42,147 bases of DNA, from the NCBI GenBank assembly GCA_964522545.1, contig CAZFWM010000015.1:1-42147 (forward strand). Reading direction: 5' to 3'. The notes below the pieces were generated by a model. It searched no databases and was not told the origin of the DNA. It saw nothing but the letters and a program-made list of their open reading frames with translations. A program made the translations under genes and the position numbers. The DNA comes from an uncultured Thermodesulfobacteriota bacterium (GTDB lineage Bacteria > Desulfobacterota > DSWW01 > CAZFWM01). Position 1 is the first letter of the stretch, and each line of letters opens with the position of its first letter. Shown here in pieces: positions 8,415 to 17,977 of this stretch.

Positions 8415-8999
8415 TTAAGCAATGCTGAAGAGCATCAGAGAGATGATGATCTGTATAGCGCGCATCGTGATCTTCTTGAGCAGCCGGTTTCCGATGAAGG
8501 CGCCCAGAAAAGCGCTGAGGACCGCCGCGATCAGAAGAGGGGAATTGGTCCAGTCGATCACCTGTGAAAGATGAGCGCCGTACCCGATGAGCCGGGAGAT
8601 GTCGACCATGCAGGCGATGACGACGCCGGTCGCCACGAAGCTCTCCTTTGTCAGACCGCACTTGAGAAGAAAGGCGCTGCGCATCGCTCCCTGATGTCCG
8701 GACAGGCCGCCGAAAAAGCCGCTCAGGATTCCCCCCAGGGGAAGATACTTCCTGTCAAAGGCAAGCTTCTCCAGTGACGGTAGCACCTCGAAGAGAGCAA
8801 AGACGACCATCAGGAAAGCGACTACGAGCTTTACGGGCGTGACGTGGAAAACCCGGTTTCCTATCTGATATACATACAACGGCTCCAATCGAGAGAACCA
8901 GAGCAGAACCCAGGCGCCGAGGAAAGCAGAGAGGAAAGCGGGGAACCCGAAACGAAGCAATGCCGAACAGGACAAGCAGCATGATGCCCGTATTGACAT
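8415..8999 (-). CDS. TSUP (TauE/SafE, DUF81) family anion permease, apparently N-terminally truncated
   Basis: LPLGGILSGFFGGLSGHQGAMRSAFLL…FVATGVVIACMVDISRLIGY is the second-repeat signature of the TauE/SafE family. Only ~6 TM helices are present and the first GxxxGxGGG repeat is missing. Confidence 0.5.
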   Translation of the reverse strand: MSIRASCCLSCSALLRFGFPAFLSAFLGAWVLLWFSRLEPLYVYQIGNRVFHVTPVKLVVAFLMVVFALFEVLPSLEKLAFDRKYLPLGGILSGFFGGLSGHQGAMRSAFLLKCGLTKESFVATGVVIACMVDISRLIGYGAHLSQVIDWTNSPLLIAAVLSAFLGAFIGNRLLKKITMRAIQIIISLMLFSIA

Positions 9000-9055
9000 T
9001 ATTCGATTCTTAACCGGCCAGTAGTGATCGCCGATGATCTCTTCGATTCTCTTTC

Positions 9056-10630
9056 TTATATCTGAAATTCGATGCCTTCCTCAGTAAAGTAACGTCTGGA
9101 AAAATCCGGGAACGTTTCGTTGCGACGTCGATTCTCATTGAAGGTTCGTATGAGTGCTTTGATTTCGTCAGCCACTCTTTCGGCCTGACTCCTGGTTCGG
9201 ATTTTAACGCCCTTCGCCGGTTTTCCGCCTACTTTCGTACCCACAATAAAATCGAAGAAGTCGACGTAACTGTCCGCGTCTTTATATTGATTTCCCTGAA
9301 GCCCGAGGTCGGAAGCTTGTGCGTGACCGCAGTCATTCGAGCAGCCGGAAAAAGCGATCTTGATGGGGACGGCCGGTTCGATGCAATCTTTCTCGAGTAG
9401 ATCGACGCAAGAAGCGGCAAGCCCCTTGGTTTCCACATTTGCCTTTTCACAGTACTCGAAGCCCGTGCACGCAAGGGTACCCGTGCGTATTCGGGATGCA
9501 CCTGGCTGGCAAGTGGGAGAGAGGGCCAGACGGTCGCCGGCTTCATCGAGTTCGTCGTCGGGGATGTCGGGAACGAGGAAGTTCTGAAGGGGCGTGAGGC
9601 AGAGGGATCCGGAACCGAACTCTTCGGCCGCGCTGGCCGCAACGAACAGGTCCTCCGGTGAGATGCGCCCGACAGTGGTAACCATTGAAATGTAGTTCAG
9701 GCCCTTCTGTTTTTGCCTGCCGGTGAGAATGGGCTCACGGAAGAATCCGTCCTTCAGGGGGGCATCGACCGCACGGTCAAAATTCTTGCCTAGGATCTTG
9801 ACCAGTTCCTCTCGAAAGCGCGGTGCGGTCCAATCCTTCACCATGAATTTCATTCGTGAGTGTGTGCGCAATTCCCTTGGGCCCTTTTCGGCGAATATCC
9901 AGCACAGCGCCTCGCACGTTTCCGGCACCTTCTCTTCCGGAACGAAGACGTCCAAGGGTACGGCCATTCTGGGATTCGAGCTCAATCCGCCGCCCACAAG
10001 GAGATTGAAACCGCGGACGGCGTTTTTACCCTTCCCCTTTCGCCCCGCGTAGAAGCTTACGTCATGGAGCTGAGGAAGAGTGCACTGCGATCCACAGCCG
10101 CACAGCGAGATCTTGAACTTACGGGGGAGATTCGCATAGAGTCGGTTGCCCCCGAGCCGACGGTGGATCTTTTTCGTCAAAGAGCGGACGTCCGTCAGCT
10201 CCCCCTGCCCTCGCCCGGCCAGAGAGCATGCCACAATGTTCCTCGGGGTATCCCCACAGGCGCCGGTTGTGGAGAGGCTCACCGAATGCAGCCGCCGGAT
10301 CAGCTCGGGAATATCTTTGAGGGGCACCCAGTGAAACTGGATGCCCTGGCGGGTGGTGATGTCCAGGGTGCCACGTGCAAAGTCGCGTCCGGCCTGGGCG
10401 ACACATCGCGCCTGCCTCGCGCTCATCTGGCCGCCGGGAACACGCACACGCACCATGAAATAGCCGCGGCTGGGCCTCTGCTCATAGATCCCGTACCATT
10501 TGAAGAGCTCGAGGTCCGTCGGTTCGATCATTTCGTACCCCGAGATGGCGTACCTCTCGATATCGTGCCAGACATCGTAGCCGCACTTCCGTTTCTTCAG
10601 TTCCTCTAAAGATATTCTTCTCAAAGGCAA
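9056..10630 (-). CDS. Ferredoxin-dependent nitrite/sulfite reductase (siroheme-[4Fe-4S] NirA/Sir family)
   Basis: 524 aa with two nitrite/sulfite-reductase repeats. Cys clusters TGACGDTPRNIVAC…C…C and TGTLACTGFEYC…SGCSNDCGH are typical siroheme-FeS ligands. Nitrite versus sulfite specificity cannot be decided from sequence. Confidence 0.7.
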   Translation of the reverse strand: MPLRRISLEELKKRKCGYDVWHDIERYAISGYEMIEPTDLELFKWYGIYEQRPSRGYFMVRVRVPGGQMSARQARCVAQAGRDFARGTLDITTRQGIQFHWVPLKDIPELIRRLHSVSLSTTGACGDTPRNIVACSLAGRGQGELTDVRSLTKKIHRRLGGNRLYANLPRKFKISLCGCGSQCTLPQLHDVSFYAGRKGKGKNAVRGFNLLVGGGLSSNPRMAVPLDVFVPEEKVPETCEALCWIFAEKGPRELRTHSRMKFMVKDWTAPRFREELVKILGKNFDRAVDAPLKDGFFREPILTGRQKQKGLNYISMVTTVGRISPEDLFVAASAAEEFGSGSLCLTPLQNFLVPDIPDDELDEAGDRLALSPTCQPGASRIRTGTLACTGFEYCEKANVETKGLAASCVDLLEKDCIEPAVPIKIAFSGCSNDCGHAQASDLGLQGNQYKDADSYVDFFDFIVGTKVGGKPAKGVKIRTRSQAERVADEIKALIRTFNENRRRNETFPDFSRRYFTEEGIEFQI

Positions 10631-10675
10631 CTCAAAGATAGAGTACTTTTTGACGATTGAAAGATTCTGCGATTT

Positions 10676-11221
10676 TCACAACAGAGTTCCCATCTCTCTA
10701 ACAAGAATCCTGCCCGCTTCGAAGACATTACCTTCTCCCTTTTCATGTTCCTGTTCAAATGTCTCCAGCAGGGTTTCGTGTTCATCCACAGTGAAGGTCT
10801 CTTCGACCATCGGATAGAAAACGTGATCTTCTCTATGAATGTGCTGTCTGAGCAGGGTTATGTAAGCAGAAAGATTTTCCAGGAGCTTAGTCGAATGGAT
10901 TGCATCTCCTTTTTCGTACCCCTCCAAAGCGCCCGTAATCTCCACCATGAGATTGCGACCTCGCTCGTGCTGGAAACGCAATGTATCGAGTTGGGCGTCG
11001 ATATCGCCGGAGTGCTTCTGGGCGAGACGGACGAACATTACATACTCTTCCTTATGGTGGTGGAAATTCTTGATAAACCTATTGTAGAACTCCACGGCCT
11101 TCTGGAAGAACTCGACAGGGGGGTGTTCTTCAACCACGAGCCGATCGACGGCCAATACCAGATTGTCCAGATATTGACGGATCAGACCATGTTCATCGAC
11201 TAAAATCTCCAGTGCATGCAT
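10676..11221 (-). CDS. Hemerythrin (HHE cation-binding) domain protein
   Basis: 181 aa. H…E…H and LRQHIHREDHVFYPMVEE di-iron ligand motifs. Only 45 nt upstream of the reductase gene, so likely co-transcribed. Confidence 0.7.
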   Translation of the reverse strand: MHALEILVDEHGLIRQYLDNLVLAVDRLVVEEHPPVEFFQKAVEFYNRFIKNFHHHKEEYVMFVRLAQKHSGDIDAQLDTLRFQHERGRNLMVEITGALEGYEKGDAIHSTKLLENLSAYITLLRQHIHREDHVFYPMVEETFTVDEHETLLETFEQEHEKGEGNVFEAGRILVREMGTLL

Positions 11222-11534
11222 TTCGATCCTCCTTTCTAGATAAATGATTTGTTTTCAGCATCCTTTATTTCTCTGACCCTATTTTACAGTGAGCTTTGTA
11301 TTATATGTTGATTCCAGCACTAAAATGCCAAATCAATTTTATTTGTCATAGAAGAGCCATATCGCAATGAACAGAGGCTTGAGAGCCTCAGGACTCAACT
11401 CGATACCCAGTGTAGAATTGTGGGGGAAAAACCCGTGATGTTCGACGAAGATGATCCCGATAGCGCAGTTTTCGATAGGCTTCCTCTACTTGAAAATCCA
11501 ATCTCTATTTTATTATTCGCTTCCAACTGCCTGG

Positions 11535-12101
11535 CTATATCCAGAATTCCGGATATCTCCTGGAACGAGGAATATTGTTGATCAATACCGCAACAACCAG
11601 CATGACGAGAGCACCCAGGCCTGCTGGAACAATGGCATACAGATATCCCAAGTCGTGGATCTTCTCGCTACCGATCACTGCGATCAGGGCCGTGGCACCT
11701 CCCGGCGGATGAAGGGTTTTTGTCAGGTGCATTACCGCGATGGCCGTGGCCACCGCAACAGCGGAGGCTGCACATATGTGGGAGTGGAGGCACTGATAGG
11801 ATAATACCCCGACAAGAGCAGAGAATACGTGCCCGCCAATGAGATTGCGCGGTTGAGCCAGAGGGCTCTTGATAGCTCCATAGATGAGCACGGCCGAAGC
11901 TCCGAACGAGCCGATGATCATAACGAGATCCGTTCCGTCAAGCACATGGAAGTTCAAGCTTGCAACGGCTGCGATCCCGAGAAATGAACCTACCCACGAC
12001 CAAAACACCTCGGAAAAGCTAACCCGGGGAGGGCTCTTGGCGGCCGGAGCCATCTTCCTCGAACAAATCTTTGCTTTTCTCCACGTAGATATCATTTTCA
12101 T
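11535..12101 (-). CDS. HPP-family integral membrane protein (family includes nitrite transporters)
   Basis: Hallmark HPPGGATALIAVIG motif and four TM helices. Confidence 0.7.
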   Translation of the reverse strand: MKMISTWRKAKICSRKMAPAAKSPPRVSFSEVFWSWVGSFLGIAAVASLNFHVLDGTDLVMIIGSFGASAVLIYGAIKSPLAQPRNLIGGHVFSALVGVLSYQCLHSHICAASAVAVATAIAVMHLTKTLHPPGGATALIAVIGSEKIHDLGYLYAIVPAGLGALVMLVVAVLINNIPRSRRYPEFWI

Positions 12102-12158
12102 TTTTTCGTTCTAGAAAATCCGAACAGTCTTTCCTGAGCTCGGGCAGATCTTGTTCAG

Positions 12159-12563
12159 TCATGTCTCAAATGAATCAGGAAATTTTGAGATCTTGGTTTC
12201 TTCGAGGTAATCCCGGACGCATTTATAAGTAGTTTGGAGGAGGTCGCCCATAATGCATTTTTCGTTGCAAGTCGGATTGTGGATGAGGCACGTGTTTGAC
12301 GACAGGGTCCCACTTATCGCCTCGAACACATCGAGAAAGGTAATGTTATCCCGGTCTCTATTTAATGAATATCCACCTTTGGGGCCCCGGCTTGATCGGA
12401 TCAGGCCTGATTTCGCAAGTCGTTGGAGAATCTTCGAGAGGTGTGCTTCGGAGATGTGAAGAACCTTGGCGATCTTGTTTGTCGACAGGCTCATTCCTGG
12501 CTTCTTCGCCAAAAGAACCATGGCGTGAATGCCTATGGACGTTGCTTCGGATATTTTAATCAT
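12159..12563 (-). CDS. Rrf2-family transcriptional regulator (NsrR/IscR-like) with a three-Cys putative Fe-S ligand motif
   Basis: Start taken at ATG 12563..12561 (MIKISEATSIGIHAMVLLAKK…). The 212-aa ORF-track version carries an implausible Arg/Pro-rich N-terminal extension. wHTH is …KIAKVLHISEAHLSKILQRLAKSGLIRSSRGPKGGYSL. Cys motif is CLIHNPTCNEKC. Confidence 0.75.
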   Translation of the reverse strand: MIKISEATSIGIHAMVLLAKKPGMSLSTNKIAKVLHISEAHLSKILQRLAKSGLIRSSRGPKGGYSLNRDRDNITFLDVFEAISGTLSSNTCLIHNPTCNEKCIMGDLLQTTYKCVRDYLEETKISKFPDSFET

Positions 12564-12616
12564 GATTGCTCTATTGCTATTTAATAAGCCTTGTGGTATT
12601 AGAGTACTCAAATAGC

Positions 12617-12637
12617 AAAATGTATTTATTTTGTCAA
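12617..12637. promoter_or_regulatory. Inverted repeat CAAAAT-gtattt-ATTTTG in the Rrf2/porin divergent intergenic region (candidate Rrf2 operator)
   Basis: Seen directly in sequence. A related TTTTATTTGTCA box occurs upstream of the hemerythrin operon (11336..11350). Confidence 0.3.
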
Positions 12638-12685
12638 CAAGTGGGTAACTATCCCCGCTAGACAGCAAAAGGGAGGGAGGCAACC

Positions 12686-13906
12686 ATGCATGACCGATTG
12701 AAGAAGACACCCAAACCATGGCTTTTCCTTGTCCTGCTTTTGGGTGGCGTTGTACTGCCTGTCGGCACGAACGCCTGGGCCGAGGACTCCGGGGCATTCG
12801 AAGATGCCGGAGGAGGCCTTTTCGGAGAGCGGGCCTGGTTCGACAGGTTCACCCTGGGGGGATACGGTGAGGCCCATTTCAACGCGACAATGGAGGAGGG
12901 GGTCAAGGACGGGAAGGAGGTGTTCGACCTCCACCGCATCGTCCTCTACCTCGGCTACGACTTCAACGACTGGATCGTGCTCCACTCGGAGACCGAGCTC
13001 GAGCACGCATTTGTAAATGAAGGGAACGGTGAGGTGAGCCTGGAGCAGTTCTACATCGATTTCCTCCTGTGCGATCACGTCAACATCCGGGCGGGGCGTG
13101 TGTTGGCCCCTCTGGGGATCATCAATAAGTGGCACGAGCCGCCCACCTTTAACGGCGTGGAGCGACCCTCCTTCTCGAAATACATCATCCCGACCACCTG
13201 GAGCCTCGACGGGGTGGGGATCTTCGGAAACATAACCTCCAACCTGAAATACGAGGCGTACGTTTCGAGCAGCCTGGACGGCTCGAAGTTCACCGCCGTG
13301 GACGGCATTCGCAAGGGGCGCATGAAGGAGAGGCCCGGCCTTTCAGAGCCGGGCTTCAGCGCGCGCCTCGATTTCTTCCCCCTGGCCAACCTGGAGCTCG
13401 AGACCTTCCAGGACCTCCGCTTGGGGGCCTCCATGTTCATCGGGGGCCTGGACAACGGGAACAAAGGGGATGATCCCGGGATAGACGGGGATCTGAACCT
13501 CTACTCGGCAGACTTCGAGTACACGATTTCCCGGTTCGATCTGCGAGGGGTCTTCGCCTATGGGAAGATCAGCGGGGCGGCAGATATCGGCAACAACGTG
13601 GCCACCGACATCGTTGGGGGATACGTCGAGGGGGCCTGGCATTTCTGGCCCGAAGGCTGGAAGAGGGGGAAGCTCGATGATTCCGATGCCGTGCTCTTCG
13701 CCCGGTACGAAGACTTCGACACCCAAAACCAAGTGCCTTCGGGCGTGACGAAGAATGAAGCAGGGGATCGGAATGAGGTCACTGTCGGGATCTCATTCTA
13801 TCCGGTACACAACCTGGTGGTCAAAGCGGACTATCAGTTCAAGGACGATGAGACCGACGACGAGGTCAACGACCAGTTCAACCTCGGTATCGGTTGGCAG
13901 TTCTGA
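12686..13906 (+). CDS. Outer-membrane beta-barrel porin (putative)
   Basis: 406 aa. Signal peptide …LPVGTNAWA. Alternating amphipathic beta-strand pattern, Asp/Gly-rich loops, and a C-terminal …LGIGWQF ending in Phe, typical of OMPs. RBS GGGAGGGAGG lies upstream of the ATG. Confidence 0.55.
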   Translation: MHDRLKKTPKPWLFLVLLLGGVVLPVGTNAWAEDSGAFEDAGGGLFGERAWFDRFTLGGYGEAHFNATMEEGVKDGKEVFDLHRIVLYLGYDFNDWIVLHSETELEHAFVNEGNGEVSLEQFYIDFLLCDHVNIRAGRVLAPLGIINKWHEPPTFNGVERPSFSKYIIPTTWSLDGVGIFGNITSNLKYEAYVSSSLDGSKFTAVDGIRKGRMKERPGLSEPGFSARLDFFPLANLELETFQDLRLGASMFIGGLDNGNKGDDPGIDGDLNLYSADFEYTISRFDLRGVFAYGKISGAADIGNNVATDIVGGYVEGAWHFWPEGWKRGKLDDSDAVLFARYEDFDTQNQVPSGVTKNEAGDRNEVTVGISFYPVHNLVVKADYQFKDDETDDEVNDQFNLGIGWQF

Positions 13907-13959
13907 GGTCGGGAAGACGGCCCCTTCACTCTCTGGATAAAGCGGTATGAGGAAGATAG

Positions 13960-14553
13960 TTGATGGGAACAGGAGTGCGTGCGATCTGTTTGATGGTAGT
14001 CATGATTTCACTGCCCACGGGAATCGCCTCGGCCAATGAATACCTCACTTCGGAACAGGCGCTCAAAATCGCGTTCCCCGATGCGGATTCCATTGAGAAG
14101 AAGAGAGTGGCCGTCACGACAGAGCATCGGGAGAAGCTGCGGAATCGATACGGTCTAAAACGAGCATCGCGGACATTTCGCTATTTCGTGGGGGTGAGGA
14201 ACGGCGAGATCATGGGTTATTCTGTTATCGATAATATCTTGGGCGAGCGCAAGCCGTTCACCTTCATGGTGGTGGTCGCCCCGGACGGGACCGTCAAGAG
14301 CGTCGAGATCATGGCCTACCGGGAATCCTATGGCGGCGAGATTCGCCAACCGAGATTTCTGGGTCAATTCAGGGGCAAAAAGGAGAGCGATCCTCTGCGC
14401 CTGAAGACCGATGTTCAATCAGTCAGTGGTGCGACGATCTCCAGCCGTGCCGTCACGAATGGAGTTCGAATAATCCTGGCCTATCTATCCGTCATAGTTC
14501 CTCTCACGTCCGGTCAGCCGGAGGAGGGGAGCGATCAGGATTTGTCCAGGTAA
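13960..14553 (+). CDS. FMN-binding domain protein (NosR/NirI/RnfG-type FMN_bind)
   Basis: 197 aa. N-terminal signal/anchor. SGATISSRAV motif carrying the covalent-FMN Thr/Ser signature. Confidence 0.6.
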   Translation: MMGTGVRAICLMVVMISLPTGIASANEYLTSEQALKIAFPDADSIEKKRVAVTTEHREKLRNRYGLKRASRTFRYFVGVRNGEIMGYSVIDNILGERKPFTFMVVVAPDGTVKSVEIMAYRESYGGEIRQPRFLGQFRGKKESDPLRLKTDVQSVSGATISSRAVTNGVRIILAYLSVIVPLTSGQPEEGSDQDLSR

Positions 14554-14584
14554 GAACGAAATGGGGAAGCTCAAGTTCGCCGTC

Positions 14585-17227
14585 TCAGGAGGGATAGAAG
14601 CGTTCGCTGACTATGGCCTTGAGTGTTTGAGACGCACGTCCAAGGCTGAATGCTCTGTGAAAAATTCTATAGTAGAACTCTTCCCCGGAGACGATCTGGA
14701 AAAGCGCGTGACGAAGTGACCGGTCGTGCTCCGCCAGGGCCAGCACTCCGTCGAGCGTGCCCGTTCTCTGGACGGCACTTGCCAGTCTCTGCAGCAGCCA
14801 CCCGAAGCGCTGATCCGTGAGGATTTCCTGGCAGGAGTCTCGGTAGGTCTGAAACGCCCTGCGAGAGACTCCTCGGTCGAGCATGACCCGTGCCGCCCTT
14901 ATTCCACTGAGACAGGCCGATGTTATCCCCTTCCCTTTAAAAGGCCTCACGAGCCCGGCGGCGTCTCCGACCGCGACGAAACGGTCGGCGAACATCAGGC
15001 CGGCCATCCGGTTCGGGAACCTCCCCTTGTGGCAATTCCCCGGAACATTCTCGATATTGTATCCCGGTGGCAGCTGTTCTGCAACCTTGGGAAGATCGAG
15101 AAACCGCTTCATGGCCTCTGTGGAGACGAGAGGCCCTGCGATGTTGATCGTCAGGTGATTCCGCTTGGGAGTGATCGCACCGAAAACGATTCCGGGCAGG
15201 TTCGGGAGAAAGGCGAAGATCTCCTCCCCGAACCGGGACATCCACTCCTCACCCGGATGGACATTGGTCACGATCGTCTCCAGGGCCTCAGGGACCTGGT
15301 AGGAGACCCACCGCCGGAAAATCTCGGCCGAGCCCGGGTCCAGCCCGAAGGCCCCCACCACCGCGTCCGCACGGATGGAGCCATTTTCACCATAGACGAT
15401 GACCCCGTCTTTTTCATATTCGATGTCCGTTACCCGGCAAGGCATGATTTCGACGCCATGTCGGTGGGCCATCTCCATCATGTACCTGTCCCACAGAATC
15501 CGCCGGACCGCATGGGAAACATGGGTCTTCGAACGCAGCTCCAGCGATCGTTTCTCCCCACAGAGTACGTAAGTCCGGATGTTCCGCTGTACCATTTCAT
15601 GGGGGAACGGTATACCCAGGTCCCTCTCCAGCACCTCCGTGATCGGGGGGGAAAGAACCCCGGCACATTGGTTATAGTGTTGCTCGTCCTCGAATCGCTT
15701 GCCCTCATAAAGAACGACCCGAAGCGAGATTCCCCTTTCCCGCGAGAGTTTCTTCAAGGCGATGCCGCAACCCGCGCCTCCGGGCCCGCCGCCGACAATG
15801 GCCACGGTCTGCCCATCCCGCAGGGGCCCCAGTGGATCGGTCTTTGATGTGAGCACTGTGGGCGCTCTTTTTGATTTCCTGCCGTTCGCACTCTGTATCT
15901 TCGCCTGAGCCGCCGCGATCATCATCCTGGAAAGAAAGGCCGGATTGAGAGACATCATGAGGATCTTTCCGAATTTTTCATGGCCGGTGAATAGGTTCCA
16001 GCTGACCGTGTGGAGTTTATCTGCGATGGATCTACCCGGTTTGTTTTCTACGATGTACATGTGCGACCTGACCCACCACCTCCAGGTCGAGACGACATCG
16101 TTCGCCCTGAAAACTATGCGACCGAATCGATTGTCCCATACAAACTGTTTCTTCACGCGTGCCACATATCCTTTTCTAATGGCATTTCGGGACAGGCCGT
16201 TTTCGAATATCGCGCGGACGGCGGACTCTGCGGAGAAGAAAGCCGAGTCGATCCCGTTCTTCAGATAGCGGTTCATGCAGGCGTCGCCGATCACGACGAG
16301 GCGATGGCTGATAAAATTCTTTGCCTCTCTGACGGGGAAAGGGGGCCTGCAACTGCAGTACTGTGCCGGGAGGTCCCAACCCGGGGGCAGGGTTTGTTTC
16401 ACGATGGAGGATTCAAGAAACCGGATGAGGTGATCGTGCCTGAGGTCCTCCCTCCCGATAAGACACACCGTTGCGAACCTCGCTTTTGGGATGATCGCCC
16501 CGAAGCGGATCCCCTTGAGGCCGATGGAAAAGACATGGATACTGTTGCCGAGGTATTGTTCGATGTTTTCCCGGCCCAGGTCCAGTTCGGCTTGATAAGC
16601 ACGCACGCACCGGGGCGGCCGATAGCCGAATCCAGCGGAAGAGAGCTTCCTGCTGAATCCCGTGGATACGCCACAGGCGACGACCATGAGATCCGCCTCC
16701 AGCTCGCCGTCGGCCCAACGTATTCGTGGCCGTTCCGACGCACTCCCGACCGGTTCGATATCGGTGATTTCTTTCTGAACGACCTTTGCACCCAGGCGGA
16801 CTGCGCGTTCCGCCAGGAACCCGTCGAAGCTGATCGGGCGTTTCTCGGAAGAGAATCGCGGACCGTTCCCGCGGAATACGACCGGTATTGAGCCGTGTCC
16901 CGCCGGGGGCATGACGATGTGGCTACCCTCGATCGTATGAAATGTGTAGTGGAGGATCCGGCGTTGCGCGCGCTCCGGCGGGATCCGGAGTCCCAGAAGC
17001 TCGAGACGCTGCACCAGGCTATGGGAAATGACCCCGGCGCACATATTGCAGCCGGCCGGGCCCTCCTGGAGGAAGCTCTTCGGGTCGAACAGGATGGGAT
17101 GGATCCGGATCCCGAGAGATCTAGCTCTCTCCATGGCCAGAATCGCGAAAAAAGCCCCCGCAGGACCGGACCCGATGACAGCCACGGTCGAACCGTCTCC
17201 CAACTTAGGGGTCTTTGGATCGTTCAC
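14585..17227 (-). CDS. Tandem-duplicated FAD-dependent oxidoreductase (two geranylgeranyl-reductase/FixC-like flavoprotein domains fused)
   Basis: 880 aa. Two Rossmann dinucleotide motifs (VAVIGSGPAGAF and VAIVGGGPGGAG). Each half has a CAGV(I/L)S motif and a GDA(A/C) motif (VVIGDACMNRY; VAVGDAAGLVRPFKGKGI) typical of the GGR/UbiH/FixC flavoprotein superfamily. Confidence 0.5.
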   Translation of the reverse strand: MNDPKTPKLGDGSTVAVIGSGPAGAFFAILAMERARSLGIRIHPILFDPKSFLQEGPAGCNMCAGVISHSLVQRLELLGLRIPPERAQRRILHYTFHTIEGSHIVMPPAGHGSIPVVFRGNGPRFSSEKRPISFDGFLAERAVRLGAKVVQKEITDIEPVGSASERPRIRWADGELEADLMVVACGVSTGFSRKLSSAGFGYRPPRCVRAYQAELDLGRENIEQYLGNSIHVFSIGLKGIRFGAIIPKARFATVCLIGREDLRHDHLIRFLESSIVKQTLPPGWDLPAQYCSCRPPFPVREAKNFISHRLVVIGDACMNRYLKNGIDSAFFSAESAVRAIFENGLSRNAIRKGYVARVKKQFVWDNRFGRIVFRANDVVSTWRWWVRSHMYIVENKPGRSIADKLHTVSWNLFTGHEKFGKILMMSLNPAFLSRMMIAAAQAKIQSANGRKSKRAPTVLTSKTDPLGPLRDGQTVAIVGGGPGGAGCGIALKKLSRERGISLRVVLYEGKRFEDEQHYNQCAGVLSPPITEVLERDLGIPFPHEMVQRNIRTYVLCGEKRSLELRSKTHVSHAVRRILWDRYMMEMAHRHGVEIMPCRVTDIEYEKDGVIVYGENGSIRADAVVGAFGLDPGSAEIFRRWVSYQVPEALETIVTNVHPGEEWMSRFGEEIFAFLPNLPGIVFGAITPKRNHLTINIAGPLVSTEAMKRFLDLPKVAEQLPPGYNIENVPGNCHKGRFPNRMAGLMFADRFVAVGDAAGLVRPFKGKGITSACLSGIRAARVMLDRGVSRRAFQTYRDSCQEILTDQRFGWLLQRLASAVQRTGTLDGVLALAEHDRSLRHALFQIVSGEEFYYRIFHRAFSLGRASQTLKAIVSERFYPS

Positions 17228-17269
17228 GGATCTTTGTACTCCAAGGGTCCGGGAAAGGTGACGAACCCC

Positions 17270-17977
17270 TTATTGGACGGCTTCGAGAACATCGCCTTGC
17301 AGGTGTGTCTGTTGACCTTTGAGAATTTTCCGCCACTCGGACTCGATCTGTTTTTCCGAAATCCCCGAGGCATTCAAGAGACTTCCCCACGAGGCTTTAC
17401 CGGCTGTGACGGCGCGGTACACATCAGACGGGGAGCTCTCTGAGCGTAGAGAAAGAAAAATGGCGGAGATGGTTTCTTTGGTGGTCGCTCCCAGGTCCCG
17501 GGCCTGTTTCACGTCAGCGGGCTTGACGTGCAAGCGTTGGATCAGTAGTTCATCTACGACCGAGGCGGCCAATGTCTCTCTCGAAGCGCCCCGTATGAGC
17601 ACCGCGTGAAATCGAGCCCCTTTTTTGAGAGCTTCGGTCCGGTGGCGCTCGACAACAGGTGGCCAGCTTCCGACACGCTTCTCTTCGGCCAGCAATCCTT
17701 CGGCATCTGCGCTCGTTGAACCCGCCAGATAGTAGGCAATCCAGAGATCATCTCCGTCTACCCCTGACATCTTGGCACGAACGATCTCCTGTTTGCTCAC
17801 TCCGAAAACCGAGGCGAGAAATGAGTTCTGCGTTGTGGCCAGAATATACAGATCGGCTCCGGTCGGATTCTGAGGATCGAAGCTCCGATCTCGAAAGCAG
17901 TGGCACTGAATCGTGGGTGTTGCGTGGGCTGTATTGCTCAAAGACAATACCAGTACGGCTACGGTCAGCAGTCGCAT
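17270..17977 (-). CDS. Secreted protein of unknown function
   Basis: Start chosen at the ATG at 17977 (MRLLTVAVLVLSLSNTAHA signal peptide). The ORF-track start at 18112 adds a non-signal N-terminal extension. Immediately upstream of, and co-oriented with, the tandem flavoprotein gene. Confidence 0.4.
   Translation of the reverse strand: MRLLTVAVLVLSLSNTAHATPTIQCHCFRDRSFDPQNPTGADLYILATTQNSFLASVFGVSKQEIVRAKMSGVDGDDLWIAYYLAGSTSADAEGLLAEEKRVGSWPPVVERHRTEALKKGARFHAVLIRGASRETLAASVVDELLIQRLHVKPADVKQARDLGATTKETISAIFLSLRSESSPSDVYRAVTAGKASWGSLLNASGISEKQIESEWRKILKGQQTHLQGDVLEAVQ

Noticed and set aside
10745-11203. 152-aa ORF antisense to the hemerythrin gene
   Set aside because: No motifs. Fully overlapped by a gene with clear HHE signatures.
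12564-12797. 78-codon N-terminal extension of the Rrf2 regulator ORF
   Set aside because: Arg/Pro-rich and not conserved-looking. The HTH begins right after the internal ATG at 12563, and the extension would overlap the porin promoter region.
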